From NCBI GenBank assembly GCA_016748015.1, contig JAAOMT010000597.1:845181-909180 (forward strand): 64,000 nt of DNA, written 5' to 3'. This document shows positions 54,506 through 64,000 of this stretch, piece by piece (position 1 is the first letter of the stretch; the number at the start of each line of letters is the position of its first letter). Both the position numbers and the translations under genes were made by a program. This DNA is from Geosiphon pyriformis uo1. Lineage: Eukaryota > Fungi > Glomeromycota. The notes under the pieces were generated by a model. The model was not told the DNA's origin and searched no databases. It saw only the letters and a program-made list of their open reading frames with translations.

Positions 54506-56000
54506 TTTTTATGATTTGAAAAACTTTATACTCTTTGACAAAAAATTCTACTATTTGATTTTCTAATCCAGGCATTATAGAATCCTTATATTGTTTCATT
54601 TTACTTATAGACCCTAGACTATTTTTAAAATCACTGCCACTTAATTCCATACAGTCCTATCTAAACCAGGGTCCATAATTTGGCACACCATAAGGTCCAT
54701 CTTTCCCAACAAATTTACTAAGTTTATCATTTCCAGCTTTGCCATCTCTAAGGGAAAAAATAAAACTTTCTTCTCCATTTAATTGTTCATTTTGAGAGTG
54801 CCAATATTGTGAGTTATAGCTGCAATTAGCTGACCAGTTTTTTTCACTTTTATTATGCTTACTGTTGCTTCTTTATTATCACATAATCAATGAAAATCGG
54901 CTGGAGTGAATCTGTTTCAGGTGCCTCAAAGTAACAATTTAAAATCATTTCCAAGTTGATTTTCAAAAGAAATATTTGTATCTTTGCTTTGAATCCAATG
55001 ATCTAGCTGTTTTATATTATGCGATTAAAGAAGCTTTGAATCAATATTTAATTGAGTAAAATGTAATGGCTGAGCATCTACAGACTTTTGATGACTACCT
55101 GGTACGAGATAATGATGTAAAAGATCTTCATAAAAAATTCCAGATAAGATTTTCGCAAATGGTTTTACTTTGTGATAGAAGTCAACTGAAGATATGTTAA
55201 AGAAGTGGATTAAAGATAGAAGTTTTTTGATGAATTTCTTAAAGGCGTTAAAGTTTTCATCTGTTCAGTAAAGAACTTTTTTTGTCTGAATATTGTTATT
55301 CAATTTAGCAACTCCCTATTCTACAATCTTTTTTCATATTTCAGATTCTTCTAGATTCAGGTCATCCTGGATTAAAATTGAGAAAAGAGCATTTTCACTG
55401 AGGGAGGTAAAATTTTGGGAATTGAAGACAATAGCTGGATTGTTAGCAGCTATTTTGATGCAAAATTTTTGTAATTTTTTGTAAGAATTATGCATAGATG
55501 AAGTTTTTTGCAAAGTGACGAAATTTTTTTCTAGCTTTTTTGCATGATGTTCAATCAAATATTCTTTAAGAAAATCAATAATATTCTCTAGAATAAGCTC
55601 ATCAACAGAAACAAGCAATTCTAAAATAGTGTGTACTCTATGTTTATCAAGAAAAATCTTGCCATTATAAATATATCTGTGCAGAAAAATCAAACATATA
55701 AATATATATTAGCAAAATATTTTAAAGTAAATAAAAACCCTTACCTGAGAATTATTTCAAAAATATTAGGTAAAATATTAGGTTTAGCAAAAATAATCAT
55801 ATTATTTTCCCTTTTAATCCAATTGCTAGAGAGTGCTACAGCAAAATATGGTGATCTTGCTGCTAAAATTTGTGAATAAGCATAAAAAGTTCTGATATTG
55901 GGTGCTCACCAACTATAATTTTAACATCAGAGAACTTCTTATTGTTAAATGAATTGCCAAAATCATTAGATAGAGCTTGAAAGTATCATTGGGATGACAT
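54506..56000 (-). pseudogene. BTB/POZ-BACK-TLDc protein pseudogene
   Basis: MSSQ*YFQALSNDF..FSDVKIIVG..ILAARSPYFAVALS..KPNI..FEIIL|intron|YIYNG; LIQDDLNLEESEI*; TLDc motifs FKLLL*G, DFH*LCDNKEATV, ESFIFSL, YGPWF and EYKVFQI. Premature stops. Confidence 0.88.
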
Positions 56001-57989
56001 TGGTAAAATATAAGAAGCTTTTGAAATATAGATATTTTAATCTACAGCCTTTAGAGAGAAAAAAGCATTTGCATAAATTCAAATCAGCACTGATTTTTAT
56101 ACAATTAATTGATCGACAGATAACTAATATTATGTTGTTAAAAAAGTAAGTTTAAATAATTAAGTTTCAATTTTTAAAATAATAGTTTTTGTTTGAATAG
56201 ACAAATTTTTCAAATAAAATTGGTTACTTAAGATAATTTTATCATGGTTATAGATTTTTTAGTATGGGTTTTTAGAAATTATAAGTAAATATTAGAATCA
56301 AAAAATATTATAATTAAGCCTAAATTTATGGACAAAATAAATCAAAGTAAAATTTTATGATTGTGAAAAAGTAAGAAATTTCACTTGTTACAAGTTAAGA
56401 GCATAGAAACTGATTTGAAACCTTTCTGTTATAATAGTTTTATGGCTAGTTTTAATCTCAACATTAGATTTGGTTTTTTATTTTTTAAATGCTAATATAA
56501 ATGATGCTCAATTTGATTTAAAAAAAATATAATGTATGATTAAAATTTTTTTTGGAGAATACTTAATAAAAAAATTAAATTTGAAATAGAAAATTAACTA
56601 AATTTAAGATTATTTGTTTTTTTTTGGTTTTAAATCGGTCAAAATGTGATTGAATATGGAACCAAATCAAGGCACTGTAAAGTCAAGTAATAGAATAAAA
56701 TTTTAGAATTATTGAGTTCACAAAAGGCTTCACCGAAAATTATATTATATAATAGATAAAATTATTTTAATAATAATGATCTAGTTGAAAATAATTATAT
56801 TAGAATATTTAATTTGATTTGATTTGATTTGATCAAGCATGAATTTCTTATTTGGTTAAAAGAATATCTGAATATTTATTTTTGCTGATGAGATTAATAA
56901 TATTACTCTCACAAGATTTTTTTAGCTTTTTCAGATATTAAAACACTAAAAAAATTAAGTTTATTAGAAAAAAAATACTGATTAAAAAAAAAGAAATGTT
57001 GATTTTTTTTATATTCTTTAAAATTCAAAAGTAAAAATTTATTACCTTACCAAATATTATTTACAATGAATATGATATAGAGTATAATAATTCATAATTT
57101 GTTGAAAAAAATTTTAAGTCAATATTTCCAGCCTGCTGGTTAAGATTTTTTAGTTTTATGATCAAATATTTGTTAAATGTAATTCAACTCGAATTGTTAA
57201 AGACAATTGATGCTTTAAGCATTTTAAGACTTCATAATTGCTTTAATTTTCATCTTAAAATAATCATACATTTTAGTTAAATAACAATATTAAAATAAAA
57301 CTTTCTATTTTTATGAATGTTTTTTTTGAGATATATAAAATTAAAATATTACAAAGAAAGTAGAAGCTATTAGCATAAAATAACATAACTCATTTCAAGA
57401 CTGCTTTTACAATAAAATACAATACTTTAATTCTTGAAATAAAAAATAATATATCCCATGAGACTATTAATTTTAAAAATATTTTCTGCAATTTTAATGT
57501 CGGTTTTTTCTGGTTTGTAGAATTCTTATCAATAGATGTATATTCAAAGCCTTGTTAATTGTGGAAATAAATATTTTAACCACTAGAAACCTTCTTTCGA
57601 TTTACAAAATTTTGATATATTTTGTTTCTTTAATTTTCAGATTTCAAATTTTTGAAGTTCTGGAAGGATTTTTTTCATTTTAATTTTCAATCAAAATTAA
57701 ATTGAAGATTGTTTTAAGAGTTTGAATAGAAAATAAAGATCAAGATGACTTTTAATAATGACTGCTTATATAGATATTTCAGTAATTAAGGAATACAAAA
57801 AACTCAAAGTAAAACGAACTTTGAAAATGTGATTCAACTTTTTTTTGAATTTGAAAATCCAAAGAAGCTCTTTTCTTAAGTAAGCAAAAATCAATCTCAA
57901 TTTGTTTTTCTAATATTAATACAAGATATTAGAATAGCAAAAATGACTTTCTTAAAAGAAAATACTTCATCAGAATTAATATATTTTAT

Positions 57990-58495
57990 AGTTTGGCTGT
58001 CTTTAAGACATTTCAACACAACTTTGTCACTTCACTTTGTTTATGCTTTTAATTTTTCTTATACCAAAATAAAGTTTTGTATCTTGTCCATCTACTTTCT
58101 TTAACAATACAAAATCTTCACTCTCTCACCTTATCTAAAGACTTGATCTCGTCAGGAGAAATCCATTCCAGGTAGCCTCTGCCACTTTCAGAAATGTTTT
58201 GTGTATAATCTATATACTTATTAATGACTATTTCATGCTCCCAAACTCTTGAAAATCGTGAATATTCACAAGATAGACACCAAAAGGGATTCTTTAATGT
58301 TTTATAACATTCTAAACATTTAGGCAACCCTGCTTCAAAGATATTGTCACTTTCATTAGTATCGCAAAATAGACATATAGGAGATCCACTAAGAATTATA
58401 CCCAAATTGCCACATTTAAGACACTTGAATTCATTTGAAAGCTGGTTAAAAAAAGCTTTAAGATCTAAAAATTCTCCTTTGAAATATCTAGACAT
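57990..58495 (-). pseudogene. Truncated kinase pseudogene (Cys-rich N-terminus and first kinase subdomains)
   Basis: CLECYK..WCLSC..INKYIDYTQ..YLEWISPDEI resembles the pre-kinase segment of Glomeromycotina TKL kinases. The Gly-loop is broken by a stop; VVLKCLKDSQ lies near 58020. Confidence 0.65.
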
Positions 58496-59387
58496 CTAAA
58501 AACTCACTCTGGGAATTGCAAAATAGAATGTTCCAGGTAATCTTGATTCTCTAAAGTTGGGATTATGGTCATTCAATCAGAAAAATTACTCTGGTAACTT
58601 ATTTTGCTTGGGTCTGCTTTTAAATAGAGCTCAAATGATTTTGTTAGATTTTTTGTTGTTCTCTATTCATTTTGATAACACCATCCAAAAGTTGTATTGT
58701 GAACTCATATTTTTTGGTTTTACTGTTTTGAAATAAAGATCAAATGTTTTTTCTTAATTTTTCCTAATTTTCCAGTCATTTGGTTAATACATTCTAATAT
58801 CAGTTTATGGACTCGGATTGCCCACTTTTTCCAAGTTTTTTTTTAATTTTTGTCTATTTCAATAATATGCACTAAGTCTGTATTTTACAACTAAATTTCT
58901 CACCTCTGCTGCTTTTGAATAGAGTTCAAATGTTTTTTCTTCATTTTTTGTTGTTCCCCTTCTATTTTCATAACAAAATGCGAAATATAGTTGTGAATTT
59001 GTATTATACACCTCTGCTGTTTTTTAATAGAGTAAATTGATAACAAATATATATTTCAATTTTATTTTTTATTATTATTTGTTTTTTAATATAAATAAAG
59101 CATCGAAATAGTTTTTTATTTAATATTTATAAAATGTAAAAAAAATATTTTATATGTTTTAATCAAAAAATATTTTTTTATACTAAATAAAAATATAACT
59201 GTTTTAGAACTATATTATTTTTAATTGTTTTAATGTTTTATTGTTTAATATTATAAATATTATAATAATTAATAACTAATTAAATTTTTTGTAATACTTT
59301 TTAATTCTTTGTATTATAAACAGATTAATTATTAAATATTGTTTTAAATTAATTTTAAAAGATATAAAATCTGTTGTTTAATACTTA

Positions 59388-60005
59388 TAATAAATGAGAA
59401 ACATCAATTTCTGGAACATTAAAAGAATATGTAAAACACTATACAGAATGTTGGGTTGACAAACTAGCCAAATGTCCAGATATTGAAGAAATATCTTAAA
59501 TGCTTTTAAAAATTGAATGAATGGAAACTTCTACAAACACAACTAATAAATCAATAAAGTTAAATTTTTTTTAAATTTTTCTTCTTTGAATATTAATGAT
59601 AATAATAACAAAAACAGCAGCAACAACAACAATAATAATAATAGTTTTAGCAATATTGACCCAATTCATTCCACCATTAACAACAATAATTCTAGCATTA
59701 CTAAACCAATTTATCCCACTACTAATTACCTTTTTCTAAATAATTCTTTACCAATTGATTCCATAACAAGTTATTCCTCTTCAAACATCTCTGCACCAAC
59801 TCATCTCACTAATAGTTATTTTTTTTCCAATAACTCTAGACCAAATTATTCCACAAATAATTATCCTTTCCCAAACACCTCTGAATCGACTTATACAATG
59901 ACTAGTAATCTCCCTTCAAATAACTCTGCATCAGACTATTCAATTAATAATTATCCCTCTTCAAATCCCTCTGTACCAATTTATTTAACAATTACTCATC
60001 CCACC
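59388..60005 (+). pseudogene. Inverted, decayed duplicate of the start of exon 5 of the kinase-SEL1 gene
   Basis: K*ETSISGTLKEYVKHYTECW..CPDIEEIS*MLLKIE* aligns with KRETPISGTPQEYVKLYSEYW..RPDIEEVSQRLLKIEW, and the match continues into the repeat linker. Confidence 0.92.
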
Positions 60006-63000
60006 AAAAAGTTTAATCTTCAATAGTGAGACAAGTTCTTTAAAAACTATTTGAGTTGAGGAGCAATCTTTCTATTTAACATTAAAATAACTGTATATTA
60101 ATGGTCTCTTTAGGCTTGCCAATTGAACCATCAGGTCTTCTTCAGATGTTTCTACTGGATCTTCTGTCTTTTTCCAAAGATATTTATTATTGTAAGTCGA
60201 ATAAATGAATAAAATAATTTAAATTTTAGCTTGTCCCTTCTTGTGGATGAGTTTGCTGATGACAGTAGTGTAAAGTTAGAAACTTTGCTAAGTGTATCCA
60301 AAAAAAAGATAAAGAAGCCATTTCAGTTGATGTGTTTTATAGCTCTTTTAAACAATCAAAATTTACTGCAGTCATTATTTTGCACAGAACTAATAAGGCA
60401 TTAAGCTTTATCAATATATAAAAGAATCTTGACTTTATTGTTGGGATTATCTAAGAATGAGAATTTATCTCTACTAAGATTTGCATTGCTCTGATCAATA
60501 TTTTCCCAGTTTTTACATATATATGTAACTTTATTTTAATTTGTAAATAAAACAAATTTAATAATATTATTTTTATGTATGAATTAAATATAAATTAATT
60601 AAAACTTAAAATATGCAACAAAAATATTACTTATACATTTTTTATATATAACCAGTAATTTAAATTTATATTAAGCTATATAAATTAAAAAAACTATTTG
60701 TTTTTATTTTATTTAAGTATTTAACAATTTTGTATTTAAATATTTATTTAATTTTTTATTTTAAACATATTTATATATTTAAGTTTTAAATTCTCCAAAA
60801 AAATTAAACAGTTATAATTTTGAAATTGATTATGTATATTAATTTTTTTTTATTTTTATTATTTTTAATTATCTTTTTTTTTGTTATCTATTTATCTAAA
60901 TTTATATTATAAAAATAGTTTTTTTATAAAGTTGTCAAAATTTATTTCATTTTTTATTGTATAAATAATTATTTATATTTACTATAATAATCAAAAAAAT
61001 ATTGTTTAAAATGCAATAAATTATTTAAATAAACAGTAATCAAACTACAACTTAGTATATATTAAATATTACTAGTAAGTTTTTTCGAATCAATAATATC
61101 TTAATTAGGAATAATAAAACAATAGTTATTTTTATTAACTATAAAATTATAACTTTTTTTTAACAATTAGTAATTTGCTTATTTTAATTGTTAAGAAGAA
61201 AAATTTTTATAGATGCTTGGATATTTTTTAATCAATTAAAAGATTATTAAAATTTAGCTTGTTAAAAACTTATTTAAATATAAATTTTTTGTTAACAAAG
61301 TCTTAAAAAAACTCATTTTCAATAAACAGTTTTTGTATTTAGTTTTAGCAGTATTATATTTTATTATTAATTATAGGATTCAGTTTAATTTTGTTTTTAT
61401 TAGTATATATAATAAAAGTTGAAACTAGTTCTGATATTATTGACAAAAACATAATTGGAATATAGATTGAATTCATATTGTATTAGTTTGACACTCTAAC
61501 TTACACATAGCAGCTGGCTTTACAAGCAAATCCACAGCTGATTTGTGTTTATATTTCATGAAAACTTTGCACTATCATCTATTAGTTATTGTTCAAAAAT
61601 ATCTGTATAATAAAAAGTACTTTGGTATATTGTATTTTTATTGTTGGGATATAAAGAGTTTTAACCACTTGTTTGTGTATGTGTTTAATGCTAGGGTTCA
61701 TAAAAACCTGATTAAGTCTTATCTGTCTTGATAAAGTGTCTTGTTGGGTTTAGATTTGGTTTTGTTTTGGGTTTTACAGATGTTTTTTTTGTATATTTTT
61801 GATAATATTGTTTATATTGCTTTGTGCAAGAGTTTTTTGTTCAAAAATTGGTTTTTAAAAATTTTATTCATTTTTAATGGTGTTAAAATTGCCAGTAAAA
61901 ATATTGTAAATTTTGTTTGAAGCTTAGAAACAGCTTATTATATTGATATATAAATAGTTTGGACCAAGTATAAAGCAATTATAAAAAAAAAAGCCTGATT
62001 ATAAATGATGATTTGGTGTTGCCTAAGGTTTATAGTTTGTTATTTTTGCTTTTTGTTGGAGTTATTAGATTGCTTAATGTTGCTAAAATACTTGGTATTA
62101 GCTTTGGTTTTTCTAGATCTTGCTGTTTTTTTTCTGGTATTGATAATATAGTATCTGTTAAGATAGATTTATAGTGTTGCTCTGATCAATCCAAGTGGCT
62201 GGTTATATATAGAAAGTACATGATTTGTGTTTAATTTAGATTATTTAGTTTAATATATTGTATTAGGTACCATTTAGACTTTATTTATTAAATAGTAAAA
62301 AAATATATATATAATAAATAAGATACATTAATCTATAAAAATTTAAAATCAAAATCTGGTTTGTTTTTGGATTTTTTAAATAATATAATTTATTATTTTT
62401 CTTAAGATGACTATTTAATTACAGATTTATTAATTTGCAAATTTTGAATTAATTTTCTTTCTATTTTTTGTGTTTTTTAATTTATTTCAATATCAGTTTA
62501 ATAAACAATTTTTTGGTTAAAGTAATTAAAATTTTTTATAGTTATAATTTGTTTTTAGTTAATACTTTATTTTTAGTTTTTTAGTTTTTGTATAGAACTT
62601 TTATGTTAATAGTTTTAGATAACTTAATATTTTTTAAGATGTTTTATTTTCTTAAATAATTTGGTATTATTTTATTAAGTAGTTGTATAATAAAAAAGAT
62701 AATGTTTTTAATTAAAAAACTTTTAAGATTAAAAAAAACTGAATTTTCAAGACTTAACTTCTAATTAATTTGCTTTTTTTATTATATTTTTAAATATTTC
62801 TGATTTTTAATATTTTGTTTTTAAATATGTTGAATTTATGTAAGTTTGATTTATAATTAATTGCTTGATATTAATATAACTTGTTTATTTAGTTATACTA
62901 ATAAATTTTTAAATAATTAAATATTATTAATATAAAAATTAATATTGCAATACTTTTTAAGGCTCTAAATTTAAATATAGGTATTATACTATCTAATTTG

Positions 63001-64000
63001 GTTTTTTTATAATAACTGATGTTATTTATAAGAAAAAAAATACAAAAAAAAAATAAAAAAACAAATTATAAAAATAAGTCAATAGAAAATAGTACTCAAT
63101 ATATAAGTATATTTTTAAAAAATTATAGCATATTGTTAAAAATATGCATATTTACAAGAAATAAATACATTTCCAAGAAATTATAGCACATAGCTTAAGA
63201 ATAAGCACAGTTTTAAAAAATAATATAAAAAAAAGTAAGAATATATAAGATCTTATATAACAAAAATTAAGTATATATAATAGTAGTATCAGAAATAAAA
63301 AAAATACTTAAACAAGTTTTTAGTTAGTTAATAATAAATATTTATAACATATTTTTTTTCAAAAAATAGTTTTCTATATTTTAAAGTAAAATCATCTAAA
63401 TATTAAATAAAATTATTATTTTATTATTTAATTTATATTATTTTTTTCTTTAAATTAAAATTGCTATTCTCCAACTTTATTAGCAACTTATGCTAATAAT
63501 ATTTACTATTTAATTATACTAGACCAATAACTTTTAATTATAATTATTAACAAAACACTAACTTTTTATTTTTTTTATTTTGTTTTTTTGTTGTTTATTA
63601 ATTAATTAAGAGATTAAGTATTAAAATCTTAACATCAAAAATAATTTAATAAAAAACCTGTGAAACAAAAGTAAAAACTTAAAAATAGCTTACCAAAAGA
63701 ACACAATTGTCAGATTAAATTGGTTTTTATGTTAAAAAACAAAATTTAAATAGAAAACACAAATTGAATCTCTGTTTATCATACAAAAGACTTTAACTAA
63801 AACTTTTAAATTATAAAAACTTTCAAATTTGAAAACCTTTAAAAATTAACATTAAAATTAACTATTGAACACTAAATTATGGATTTATTATTTATTTCAA
63901 TATTTCAAATAATTATTTGTAATACTAAATTGCAGAATATTATGCTGATCTTAGAATATATATATTTTTTGTATATTTAAAATAAAATTTAACATTTAAG

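Noticed and set aside
61400-62250. Possible gag/protease relic on the minus strand
   Set aside because: No diagnostic motif could be read with confidence.

Overview
Very AT-rich eukaryotic DNA with short GT-AG introns. The gene content (TKL kinase-SEL1, BTB-BACK-TLDc, lipase_3-like, CRN-like kinase remnant, heavily decayed transposons) fits an arbuscular mycorrhizal fungus (Glomeromycotina); this assignment is inferred, not proven. Apparently intact genes: a 95-aa single-repeat Myb protein (5113-5485, -), an Ecl1-family Cys-motif protein (15286-15859, +), a secreted protein of eight 4-Cys follistatin-N-like (FOLN) repeats (21234-22232, -), a stand-alone WGR-domain protein (25443-25925, -), a 5-exon kinase/tandem-repeat/SEL1 protein (29244-33057, -), a 74-aa hydrophobic orphan (36632-36856, -) and a lipase_3-fold protein lacking the catalytic Ser (44975-46472, +). 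These sit among pseudogenes and transposon relics: a Ty3/Gypsy element interrupted by a Tc1 element with TIRs and a TA target duplication, a second Tc1 relic, and a 580-bp hAT derivative with an 8-bp target duplication. The relics show strong C>T/G>A erosion. Main observations: (1) the unrelated, outward-facing Myb and Ecl1 genes share an inverted duplicate of about 0.8-1.3 kb of upstream non-coding DNA; (2) the FOLN-repeat secreted protein; (3) two Ser-less lipase paralogs; (4) one-sided C>T hypermutation of a duplicated kinase exon. All calls come from reading the sequence by eye; no searches were run.
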